From Acidobacteriota bacterium (GTDB lineage: Bacteria; Acidobacteriota; Vicinamibacteria; Vicinamibacterales; 2-12-FULL-66-21), in contig QHWR01000040.1 of NCBI GenBank assembly GCA_003223835.1, positions 15,134 to 79,133 on the forward strand: 64,000 bases of DNA, in the 5' to 3' direction. Below are positions 10,688 through 20,468 of this stretch, piece by piece. Both the position numbers and the translations under genes were made by a program. The notes below the pieces were generated by a model. The model searched no databases. It was not told the origin of the DNA and saw only the letters and a program-made list of their open reading frames with translations. Numbering within the stretch: the stretch's first letter is position 1; every line of letters begins with the position of its first letter.

Positions 10688-12281
10688 GTTCCGCTCGCGG
10701 GCGCCGTGCTGGCGCTCCTCGCCGGCGGGCGCGGCGATCGGCCGGACCGCGACCCCCTCGTGCGCGCGATCGCGGTCGTGACGTCGCTCCTCGCCTTCGC
10801 GGCGACGCTGTATCTGTGGTGGCGCTTCGACCCGGCGAGCGCGGACTTCCAGTTCATCGAGCATCGCCCGTGGATTCCGGCGTTCGGGATCGCCTACCAC
10901 CTCGGCATCGACGGCATCAGCCTGTTCCTCATCGTCCTGACCGGCTTCCTCACGCCGCTCGCGCTGCTGTCGTCGTGGCAGTCGGTGCACAAGAACTTCA
11001 AGCTGTTCTCGTTCTTCCTGCTGGCGCTCGAGACGGCGATGCTCGGCGTGTTCGCGTCGCTGGACCTCTTCCTCTTTTATGTGTTCTGGGACGCGATGGA
11101 AGGGCCGACGCCGGTCTCCGCGTTGATCCACGCCGCGACGATGGTGACGGCCGGGGTGTACATGATCGGGCGGAACGCCGTGCTGTTTTCGCGCGCGCCC
11201 GAGACGCTGGCGGTCGTCGCGGCGATCGCTCGACCTCTACGGCCTGCGGCTGCAGCACCCGCTCGACACGTGGTTCTTCCTGGCGTTCACGGTGGCCTTC
11301 GCCATCAAAGTGCCGCTGTTCCCGTTCCACACCTGGCTGCCCGACGCGCACGTCGAGGCGCCGACGGCGGGTTCGGTGATCCTGGCCGGCGTGCTGCTGA
11401 AGATGGGCACGTACGGTCTGCTCCGCTTCTCGTTCCCGCTCTTCCCCGACGCCGCCCACTACTTCGCGCCCGCGCTCGCGGTGCTCGCCGTCGTCGGCAT
11501 CATCTACGGCGCGCTGGTCGCGATGGTGCAGCCGGACTTGAAGAAGCTGGTCGCGTATTCGAGCGTGAGCCACCTGGGGTTCGTGGTGCTCGGGCTCTGC
11601 GCGCTCAACGTCAACGGCGTGCAGGGGGCCGTCTACCAGATGCTCAACCACGGCGTCAGCACGGGCGGATTGTTCATGCTCGTCGGCATGCTGTCGGACC
11701 GGCGCCACACGCGGCTGATCTCCGAGTTCGGCGGCCTCAAGGCGGTGATGCCGCGGCTCGTCGCGGCGTTCCTGCTCGTGACGCTCTCGTCGATCGCGCT
11801 GCCCGGCCTGAACGGATTCGTCGGCGAGTTCCTGATCCTGCTCGGGGCGTTCCGCTGGCATCCGAAGTTTGCCGCGTTTGCCGCGACGGGCGTGATTCTC
11901 TCGGCGGTCTACATGCTCTGGATGTTCCAGCGCGTGAACTACGGCGAGATGACGAACGAGAAGAACGCGCGGCTGCCGGACCTCTCGCCGCGCGAGTGGG
12001 CGCTCATGATTCCGACCGTCGCGATCGCCGTGCTCATGGGCGTCGCGCCGGGCATCTTCCTGCGGCCCATGGAGCCGTCGGTCGCGAAGTCGCTCGACCG
12101 GATCATGAGCGGCCAGCCGACCAGCGTGCGCGCGATCGAAACGCCGCCCGTCAGCCGCCCTCCGTCATCCGTCATCGTTTCTCGGCGCTCGGCGGCTTCC
12201 GCCTTCGCTGAAGCTTCGGCGGACCGCCGTAGCCTTGGCGGAGGCTCGTCGCGCCTCGCTCGGGCCGCAGGCGCGCCATGA
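10688..12281 (+). pseudogene. nuoM: NADH-quinone oxidoreductase subunit M, disrupted (N-terminus fused to nuoL, an internal segment replaced by a nuoL copy, frameshift)
   Basis: - N-terminal part: VPLAGAVLALLAGG…FQFIEHRPWIPAFGIAYHLGIDGISLFLIVLTGFLTPLALLSSW…FYVFWD, in the nuoL frame.
- Middle: 140 nt of nuoL sequence (11089..11228).
- C-terminal part: the NuoM sequence resumes in another frame at 11229 (LDLYGLRLQHPLDTWFFLAFTVAFAIKVPLFPFHTWLPDAHVEAPTAGSVILAGVLLKMGTYG…, track ORF 11292..12281).
- Missing: the expected ~60 aa (…AMLIPMYFLIG…). Confidence 0.85.
11089..11228 (+). repeat. 140-bp exact direct repeat, copy 2 (ectopic, inside nuoM)
   Basis: Identical to 9463..9602. The left junction shares the 10-nt microhomology ggacgcgatg with the expected nuoM sequence (FWDAM…). 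The right junction is at …gcgatcg|ctcgacctc. Confidence 0.95.
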
Positions 12282-13705
12282 TTGACTTCTACGCCGTCAT
12301 TCCGCTCCTCATCGTCGTCCTGGCGGGCGGCGCCGCGATGCTCGCGGAGGCGTTCCGTCAGCCGGGCGAGCGGATGCCGATCGCCGGGCTCGGCGTGATC
12401 GGCCTCGTGGGGGCGGCGGCCGCATCCTGCTTCCTGTGGAACACCGACGCGCAGAGCTACGGCGCGATCCGCGCGGACAACTTCGCGCTGTTCATCAACC
12501 TGATCCTCTGCGGGATCGGGATCCTGACGATGATCTTCTCGAACGACGTCGTGGAGCGCGAGGGCCTGCCGGCGGGCGAGTACTACGCGCTGACGCTCTT
12601 CGCGATCGCGGGCATGATGATGATGGCGGCGGCGACCGACCTGCTCGTCATCTTCATCGCGCTCGAGATCCTGTCGCTGGCGGTGTACGTGCTGACGGGG
12701 CTTCGCCGGTCGAGCGCGGCGGGCGCGGAAGCGGCGTTCAAGTATTTCCTGCTCGGCGCGTTCTCGAGCGCGTTCTTCCTCTACGGCATCGCGTTCGCGT
12801 TCGCGATTTCCGGATCGACCCGGCTCGATGTGATCGGGACGGCGATCGCGTCGGGTCCGGGCGGGACGCTCGCCCTCCTCGCGGTCGGACTCCTGGCGAT
12901 CGGGTTCGCCTTCAAGGTGTCGGCGGTGCCGTTCCACATGTGGACGCCCGACGCCTACGAAGGGGCGCCGACGATTGTCACGGCGTTCATGTCCACGGCG
13001 GTCAAGGCCGCGGCGTTCGGCGCGTTCGTGCGCGTCTTCCTCTCGACGCTCGAACCGCTGCAGGGGCACTGGGTGCCCGTGCTGTCCGTCATTTCCGCGC
13101 TCACGATGATCCTGGGGACGGTCGTCGGGGTCCTTCAGAGCAACATCAAGCGGATGCTCGCGTACTCGAGCATCGCGCACGCCGGTTATCTGCTGCTCGG
13201 CATCGTCGCGGCGAACGCGTCGGGCAAGGCCGCCGTCCTCTTCTATCTCGCGGTGTACGCCATCGCGAACCTCGGCGCGCTCGGCATCGTCGCGCTGCTC
13301 GGCACGGCCGACCACGAACACGATCAGCTTCGCGATTTCGCGGGTCTCTGGCAGTCGCGGCCGGGGCTCGCGGGCCTGATGACGATCTTCCTGCTGTCGC
13401 TCGGCGGCTTTCCGCCCACCGCCGGATTCATCGGCAAGTGGTACATCTTCGCGGCCGCGGTGCAGGAAGGCCACTACTGGCTCGCGATTATCGGGGTCCT
13501 CTCGAGCGTCGTCTCGGTGTTCTTCTATCTCCGGATCGTCGTGATGATGTACATGACGGAAGACGCGGCGGGTCCCGTCCGTCCGCCGATCTCGGCGACC
13601 GCGATGGCCGCTCTCGCCGTCGCGATGATCGTGACGTTCTACCTTGGAATCCTTCCCACGCGGGTGATCGACCTCGCGCTGCAGTCGATCCAGACGATCT
13701 ACTGA
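12278..13705 (+). CDS. nuoN: NADH-quinone oxidoreductase subunit N
   Basis: 475 aa. Contains …LFAIAGMMMMAAATDLLVIFIALEILSLAVYVL… and …FKVSAVPFHMWTPDAYEGAPT…, typical of NuoN/ND2. Has a 4-nt overlap with the nuoM stop. Confidence 0.94.
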   Translation: MIDFYAVIPLLIVVLAGGAAMLAEAFRQPGERMPIAGLGVIGLVGAAAASCFLWNTDAQSYGAIRADNFALFINLILCGIGILTMIFSNDVVEREGLPAGEYYALTLFAIAGMMMMAAATDLLVIFIALEILSLAVYVLTGLRRSSAAGAEAAFKYFLLGAFSSAFFLYGIAFAFAISGSTRLDVIGTAIASGPGGTLALLAVGLLAIGFAFKVSAVPFHMWTPDAYEGAPTIVTAFMSTAVKAAAFGAFVRVFLSTLEPLQGHWVPVLSVISALTMILGTVVGVLQSNIKRMLAYSSIAHAGYLLLGIVAANASGKAAVLFYLAVYAIANLGALGIVALLGTADHEHDQLRDFAGLWQSRPGLAGLMTIFLLSLGGFPPTAGFIGKWYIFAAAVQEGHYWLAIIGVLSSVVSVFFYLRIVVMMYMTEDAAGPVRPPISATAMAALAVAMIVTFYLGILPTRVIDLALQSIQTIY

Positions 13706-13734
13706 GAACTCTCTACCCGATTCGAGTGTGGCAC

Positions 13735-13764
13735 TTCTGCGATCGAGGCAATTCTGCGATCGAG
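13735..13764 (+). promoter_or_regulatory. Two direct copies of the 13-mer TTCTGCGATCGAG, 17 bp apart (candidate regulator site)
   Basis: Copies at 13735..13747 and 13752..13764 are identical. Each contains the CGATCG palindrome. They lie ~45-75 bp upstream of the -35 element at 13807. Confidence 0.4.
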
Positions 13765-13806
13765 AAAACAATTTTGCGTCACGCGACAAAAGTCGCGCGT
13801 TAACTC

Positions 13807-13836
13807 TTGACTGCCGCGGCCCGCGGCAGTTATTGT
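13807..13836 (+). promoter_or_regulatory. Sigma-70-like promoter TTGACT-N18-TATTGT whose spacer is a perfect 21-nt palindrome
   Basis: TTGACT at 13807..13812 and TATTGT at 13831..13836. The palindrome ACTGCCGCGG-C-CCGCGGCAGT at 13810..13830 spans the spacer. A GGAGG RBS (13885..13889) and ATG 13894 follow about 55 nt downstream. Confidence 0.55.
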
Positions 13837-13893
13837 CTCGCTTCCCGAAACTTTCGTTCTCGTTCACAGCCGAACGACACCATCGGAGGTTCG

Positions 13894-16800
13894 ATGCGTG
13901 TGTCCGATTTGGCGCGCGACGGGAGCGACACCGCCACTGCGCGCTCGAGTGTGCGCCACGGGTGTCGATTCCGCGCGCTGCCGCTTTATCTTGTTCTCGC
14001 GCTGACATCGATCGCGGCGTTCAGCGCCAATGCATTTGGCGCCGGCCCGCCGATGTACACAGTCTACGGACCGCGGTCATTCGTGCGCAGCACCGGACAC
14101 TCCTCTCCGGTTTCCGAGACCTTCACCGTTCGGAGTCCCGGTTCCACGAGCACCCTGCGAATCGTGAATCACGGCATCACGAGCGCTCAGGTCGCCGTCA
14201 ACGGGCAGGTCGTGTTCGAGCCGCCGGACTTTCAGGGCAGCGACAAGATCGATCCGCTGCTGATGGAGCGGCCCGTCGTCCTGCGATCCGGCGCCAACCA
14301 GCTGACCGTCGAACTGCAGAGCGGACCCGGAAATCACCTGACGATTGAGGTCGTCACGACCGACGTCATCGCGCCGCGGATCTCCGCGGCGGCGAATCCG
14401 CCGGCGAACACCGCCGGCTGGAACAACGCGGACGTCACCGTCACCTTCACGTGCGCGGACGACGAGTCCGGCATCGCGGCGTGTCCGGCCCCGGTGCTCG
14501 TGAGCACGGAAGGCGCGCAGCAGATCGTGTCGGGCACCGCGGTCGACAAGGCGGGCAACACGGCCGTCGCCAGCCTGACGGTGAACCTGGACAAGACCGC
14601 GCCGGTCGTGACGGCGACCGTGTCGCCGGCGGCGAATGCGAACGGATGGAACAACGGGCCGGTCGTCGTCCATTTCGATTGCGCGGACGGGGGGTCTGGC
14701 GTGCCGGCCTGCCCGGCCGACAGGACGGTCACGAACGACGGCGCCGGCCAGACCGTGAGCGAAACCGCGACGGACAGAGCGGGCAATTCAGCGTCGGTGA
14801 CGAGCGCGGCGTTCAACATCGATCGGACGCTTCCGGCAATCACCGTGGCGTTGACGCCTGCCCCTGGCGGATGGCTGAAGACGCCGGTGACGGCGCATTT
14901 CACGTGCAATGACGCCGGATCCGGCGTCGACACGTGCCCGCCGGATAAAACCGTCGCGTCCGAAGGGGCCAGCCAGACCGTCACCGGGACCGTGACCGAC
15001 AGGGCCGGCAACGTCGCATCGGTGACGAGCGATCCGTTCGACATCGACGTCACACCGCCGGCCGTGACCGTCACGCTCAATCCGCCGCCCAACGCGGCGG
15101 GCTGGAACAACACGGAGGTCACGGCGCATTTCACCTGCGCCGATGCAGGCTCCGGCGTGATCGTGTGTCCGGACGACCAGGTGATTTCCACCGAAGGGGC
15201 CGCGCAGACCGTCACCGGCCGGGCGTTCGACAACGCGGGGAATACCGTGATCGGATCCGCGACGGTCAACATCGACAGGACCGGTCCCGTCCTCACGCTC
15301 TCGTCGCCGACGGATGGCTCGACGCTGTTCACGGCGACGGCGACGGTGACCGGCACGGTCGCCGACACGCTGTCGGGGGTCGCCGCCGTCACCTGCAATG
15401 ACGCGCCGGCGACGATGACGCAGGGTCAGGTGCAGTGCGACGTCACGCTCGAGCGGGGCGCCCACCCGATCCTCGCGACGGCCACCGACGTCGCGGGCAA
15501 CCAGAGTACGGCCCGCCTCGGGTTGAGCTACGTGCGCGTGCCGCAGGTCACGATCTCGGCGCCGTCGAATCTGGGCTACGTGAGCATGAGCCCGACCACC
15601 GTCACCGGTACGGTTGACGATCCGACGGCGACGGTCACGGTCAATTCGATTGCCGCGCCCGTCATGAACGGCGCGTTCAGCATCGTGCTGCCGCTCGCCG
15701 AGGGGCCGAACGTCATCACTGCGAGCGCGAACACGGCGGAAGGGGGCGTCGGCACCGCGAGCGTCACCGTAACCCTCGATACCACGCCGCCGCACGTCAC
15801 GATTACCTCTCCGCCCGATCAGTTTGTGACCACCGAGGCGTCGATCTCGATCGCCGGCAGCGTCAACGACATCGTCGTGGGGACCGTGAACGACCAGCAG
15901 GCGCAGGTGAAGCTGGAGGTGAGCGCCAGAGAGTTCGTCGCGCAGGTCTCCAACCGCACGTTTCTCGCGACCGCGGTCCCGCTCGCGCTCGGACCGAACA
16001 CGATTCTGGCGCGGGCCATCGATCGCGTGGGCAATTCCGCGGACACGCACATCATCGTGACGCGGCGCGCGCCGACGCAGGCGCAGATCAAGCTGCTCTC
16101 AGGCAACAACCAGTCGGGCACGATCGGCGCCACGGTCGCCGCGCCGCTCGTCGTGGCGCTCACCGATGCGGCGGGCAACCCCGTGGCGAACGAGCAGGTC
16201 ATCTTCAAGGTCACGCAGAACGACGGCCTCGTCGCGAGCGGCGGCCCCCCCGCGGCGACGGTGATTGCGACGACCGACGCGCAGGGTCAGGCGCGCGCGC
16301 AGTGGACGCTCGGGCATCGCGCGGGGGCGGGGGGCAACGCCGTCGAAGCGTACTCGGTCGGGTTCGACGGCACGGCGCTCTTCACCGCGACCGGCCAGCA
16401 GGGCGCCGGCAGCCGCTGCCGAAGCCGTTCATCGCGGTCGTCGTCGACGACGGCAACAACCGTCTGTCGCGCGTGCCGGTCACCTTCGCCGTGAAGCAGG
16501 GCGGTGGCAGCTTCGACGGCAATCCGACGGTGACCGTGGAGACCGATTCCGACGGCCGCGCCGCGGCGACGCTCACGCTCGGCGTCCAGGAAGGGAACGC
16601 GAACAACCTCGTCGAGGCGGATTTCGCCTTCAACGAAGGCTTCGCGGCGGCGTTCACCGCCTCGGGCCGCGCGCCCGGGGATCCGACGGCGACGACGATC
16701 TCGGGCGTCGTGCTCGACAACAGCAACGTCCCGATTCCGGGTGTCACCGTCCGCGCGGTGTTGACGAACGTGCTGCACTCCAACCTCACGTCGGTCCAGT

Positions 16801-18212
16801 CCGCAACCGCGGTGCAGACGAACGCGGAAGGACAGTTCTCGATTCCGCAGGCGCCGGTCGGCTTCGTCAAACTGCTCGTCGACGGATCGACGGCGTCGCT
16901 TCCGGGCAAATACCCGTCGCTCGAGTACGACGTCGTGACGGTCGCGGGCCAGAACAACACCGTCGGCCAGCCGATCTACCTGCTTGCGTTGAGCGCCGCG
17001 AACCAGCTCTGCGTGACCGCCACCACGGGCGGCGGGACGCTGACGATTCCGGAGGCGCCGGGCTTCTCGCTGACGTTCGGTCCCGATCAGGTCACCTTCC
17101 CCGGCGGATCGAAGAGCGGCTGCGTCAGCGTCACGGTCGTTCACGGCGACAAGGTGCCGATGGTCCCCGGCTTCGGCCAGCAGCCGCGATTCATCGTGAC
17201 GATTCAGCCGTCGGGCGCGGTCTTCAATCCGCCCGCGCCGATTACGCTGCCCAACGTCGACGGCCTGAGGCCGCGCGAAGTCACCGAGATGTACTCGTTC
17301 GATCACGACATCGGATCGTTTGTCGCGATCGGCACCGGCGTCGTCAGCGACGACGGCTTGTTGATTCGATCGAGTCCGGGCGTCGGCGTCCTCAAGGCGG
17401 GGTGGCACTGCGGAGGCGATCCCAACACGAGCGGAACCGCGGCGACGTGTCCAACCTGCCAGTCGTGTCAGGGCTCCGGCTGCCAGCCCGACGACGGCCA
17501 GTCGTACGACGACGGCAAGTTCTGCACGTCGTGCGACGGCAGATCGCCGGGGGGCGACTGCTGCAAGAACGGCACCCCGACGGCCATCAAGATCGACGAG
17601 CAGGACATCGGGGGCGCCACGCTGCAGGAGTGGGACTTCAGCAAACTGGCCGACATCATCCGGACCGGAACGTCGGTGTTCGAGTACACGCCGGGATGTC
17701 AGATGCCGCCGGTGTCCATCAAGGGCGCGATCAAGCTGACCGGCGTCAAGCAGTGCTGCGAGGAGAAGCAGGACTTCGAAACCGCCTACAAGATGAGCGG
17801 CAGCATCGGCGTCGACGCGATCGGCGTCGAGTGTTCCGTGCCGGGCCTGTCGGTGGACTTCCTCGGCCTGGTCAAGATCGGACTCGTCGCGGGGGTCTCG
17901 CTCGGCGGCGAGTTCTCCGGCAGCGGGATCTCCGGCGGATGCAGCGACTGCAACTGGTCCGTCGACGGAAAGGTTGGCGTGAGCGTCACCGGCAAGGCGG
18001 TGTTCATCACGAAGATCGACCCGAGCGTGATCCGGTTCGAGGGTGGCGTCAAGGGCGACGGCTCCGTATCGGCGTCGTGCAACTGCCAGGGCTGCGGCAA
18101 CCTGAAAGGCTGTCTCGGCCCCGTCTCGGTGTTCGGCACGGTCACGCTCGCGAACTTCATCAGCAAGGGCGGCGAGGTCGTGATTCCGGGCACGCAGATC
18201 TGCACGCATTGA
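13894..18212 (+). pseudogene. Large secreted Ig-like multidomain protein with a Cys-rich C-terminal domain; reading frame breaks near 16405
   Basis: - Start: ATG 13894 after GGAGG, followed by a signal-peptide-like RFRALPLYLVLALTSIAAFSANAFG.
- Repeats: four ~77-aa repeats (approx 14365..15285) with GWNN…V.V.F.C.D..SG…CP…D.AGN.
- Other modules: further Ig-like modules, Big_1/invasin-like modules (LSGNNQSGTIGATVAAPLVVALTDAAGNPV…) and a CarboxypepD_reg-like module.
- Frame change: frame 1 (track 13807..16494) switches to frame 0 (track 16302..18212) at …FTATGQQGAG | QPLPKPFIAVVVDDGNN…. Confidence 0.8.
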
Positions 18213-18226
18213 GGAAGGGAAACGTG

Positions 18227-18811
18227 ATGGGTTGGCCGGCAGGGATCGCGTTGGTGGCGGCGTTGACGGCAGGCGCGGGCGCGCAGGCGCCGAGCCAGGC
18301 GTCGAACACGGTGCGCATCGAGCTGTACCCCGACGCGCAGCCGCGCGCGAACCCCGTGGTGTTGACGTTCACCGGCGAGCAGTACGGCAAGGGCGTGCTC
18401 ATTTCCGCGTCGCCGAGCGGCGGCGGAAAGCCGTCGGACGACGTCGCGTTTCTGAGCACCCTGTTCGCCGCCGACGTCAACGGCACGATCGACGACATCC
18501 TGAAACTGTGGGACGTGCCGGACCGCGACGCGATCCGGCGGACCGCGTCGGATCCGCAGGCGTTCGAGGGGAACCGCAACTTCTATCGCGGCATCACGAC
18601 GTCCATGCTGCTGGCGAAGATGCTGTATGGGCCTTACGAGGTGCTGTTCGTCAAGCACGCGGGGGCGGCCCCCGTCGTCAAGGACTACCCCCTGATCCGG
18701 CGGAACGGGTCCCTGTATCTCACGAACGCGCTGCAGCGCGATCCGCTGTTCGTGTACGTGAGCACGAAGTACGCGCAGACGCTGCAGCAGGCAACGACCG
18801 ATGCGAAGTAA
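18227..18811 (+). CDS. Hypothetical secreted protein (194 aa)
   Basis: ATG 18227 preceded by gaggaaggga. It is in frame with the last 194 codons of track ORF 16265..18811. Has an N-terminal signal-like MGWPAGIALVAALTAGAGAQA. No family recognised. Confidence 0.6.
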   Translation: MGWPAGIALVAALTAGAGAQAPSQASNTVRIELYPDAQPRANPVVLTFTGEQYGKGVLISASPSGGGKPSDDVAFLSTLFAADVNGTIDDILKLWDVPDRDAIRRTASDPQAFEGNRNFYRGITTSMLLAKMLYGPYEVLFVKHAGAAPVVKDYPLIRRNGSLYLTNALQRDPLFVYVSTKYAQTLQQATTDAK

Positions 18812-20468
18812 CGGCTCCCACGTCGGAACCTGCGCGCTGATCCTGGTGTCGGCGCACGTGTGCGCGCTGTACTGCCAGACCCGCGCGACGGATCCGCGCG
18901 CGGCGCAGCCGTCGTCGATCGGCCGCGAAGTCGCGGTGCCGCGGCATCTGCAGGACGGCGAGGAATTCAGCGTTCCCCTCGAGGCGCTGCTCGCGCACGG
19001 GCAGAAGCTGTTCGAGGCGAACTGGACCGACCAGGAGGGGGGTGGCCGGCCGCTGACGAAGGGCACCGGCCGTCCGATCGCCGACCCCACGCGTCCGCTC
19101 ACGGGCACGCGCGCTTTCAACCGCATCTCCGCCCCCGACGCGAACTCGTGCGCCGGCTGTCACAACGCGCCGTACCGCATCTCCGGCGGCGGCGGGGACG
19201 TCGTGACGAACGTCTTCGTCCTCGGCCAGCGCTTCGATTTCATGACGTTCGATCGGGACGACACGCTGCCGACGCGCGGCGCCGTCGACGAAACCGGCAA
19301 GCCGGTCTCGCTGCTCGACGCCGCGGATTCGCGCGCGACGACGGGGATGTTCGGCGCCGGCTATCTCGAGATGCTCGCGCGCCAGATGACCGAGGAGCTG
19401 CAGCGGACGCGCGATACGATCCATCGCGGCGAGACGACGGATCTCGTCGCGAAGGGCATCGCGTTCGGCAAGCTCACGTTGACCGACGCGGGATTGTGGG
19501 ACACCTCCAGGGTCCAGGGGCTCGGGCGCCTCAGCCTGTTGTCCACCGATTCGCACAATCCGCCGACGCTCGTCATCCGTCCGTGGCATCAGGCGAGCAA
19601 CGTCATTTCCCTGCGGGAATTCACGAATACCGCGTACAACCAGCATCACGGCATCCAGTCGACGGAACGGTTCGGCCGCGACACGGATCCGGACGGCGAC
19701 GGCTTCGCCAACGAGCTGACGCGCGCCGACGTCACGGCGGTGACGATGTGGCAGGCGACGCTGCAGGTCCCGGGCCGCGTCATCCCTCGCGATCCCGACG
19801 TCGAAGAGGCGGTGCTCGCGGGCGAGCGTCTCTTCGAACGCATCGGGTGCGCGTCGTGCCACGTCCCGCGCCTGCCGCTCGCGAAGCAGGGCTGGATCTT
19901 CACCGAGCCGAATCCCTTCAATCCGCCAGGCAACCTCCGCAAAGGCGAGACGCGCGATCTGAAGGTCGACTTGTCGAGCGCGCTGCTGCCGGCGCCGCGT
20001 CTGAACCCCGACTCGTCAGGGACGGTGTGGGTCGAGGCGTACACCGATTTCAAGCTGCACGACATCTGCGACGGCGGCGGCCGCGAGCCGCTGGATCAGA
20101 ACCAGTCGCAGTGGTCGAAGAAGCTGATGGACGGCAACTGCCGGTTCCTGACCAAGCGTCTGTGGGGCGCGGCGAACGAAGCGCCGTTCTTCCACCACGG
20201 CCTGTTCACGACGCTGCGGCAGTCGGTGCTGGCGCACGGCGGCGAGGCGCGCGACTCGCGGGTCGCGTTCCAGGCGCTCGCGCCGCCGCAGCGCGACGCC
20301 GTCATCGAATTCCTGAAGACGCTGCAGGTGCTGCCGCCGGGGACGACGGATCGGATCGTCGACGAAACGTTCCACGCGCGGACCTGGCCGCCGCCGCCGA
20401 ACCGATTGACGCAGGGCGAGCCCCGCCTGCAACAGGGGCGGCCCTCGATCCGGGAGCGCCGGCGATGA
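18801..20468 (+). CDS. Di-haem oxidoreductase / putative peroxidase (DUF1111 family), paralog A
   Basis: 555 aa with two CxxCH haem motifs (…DANSCAGCHNAPY… and …RIGCASCHVPRLPL…). Also …FGAGYLEMLARQ… and …PFFHHGLFTTLRQSVLAHGGEA…, typical of the DUF1111 'thiol oxidoreductase' family. Overlaps the upstream gene by 11 nt. Confidence 0.8.
   Translation: MRSNGSHVGTCALILVSAHVCALYCQTRATDPRAAQPSSIGREVAVPRHLQDGEEFSVPLEALLAHGQKLFEANWTDQEGGGRPLTKGTGRPIADPTRPLTGTRAFNRISAPDANSCAGCHNAPYRISGGGGDVVTNVFVLGQRFDFMTFDRDDTLPTRGAVDETGKPVSLLDAADSRATTGMFGAGYLEMLARQMTEELQRTRDTIHRGETTDLVAKGIAFGKLTLTDAGLWDTSRVQGLGRLSLLSTDSHNPPTLVIRPWHQASNVISLREFTNTAYNQHHGIQSTERFGRDTDPDGDGFANELTRADVTAVTMWQATLQVPGRVIPRDPDVEEAVLAGERLFERIGCASCHVPRLPLAKQGWIFTEPNPFNPPGNLRKGETRDLKVDLSSALLPAPRLNPDSSGTVWVEAYTDFKLHDICDGGGREPLDQNQSQWSKKLMDGNCRFLTKRLWGAANEAPFFHHGLFTTLRQSVLAHGGEARDSRVAFQALAPPQRDAVIEFLKTLQVLPPGTTDRIVDETFHARTWPPPPNRLTQGEPRLQQGRPSIRERRR

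Noticed and set aside
12170-12260. The C-terminal tail of nuoM (…SRRSAASAFAEASADRRSLGGGSS…) as another heptad or hairpin element (tccgtca tccgtca, tcggcgc tcggcgg, ccgcc…gaagcttc…ggcgg).
   Set aside because: The periodicity and pairing are weak and interrupted (5+3 bp stems). It may be a degenerate element extending the ORF, but I cannot support that from the sequence alone.
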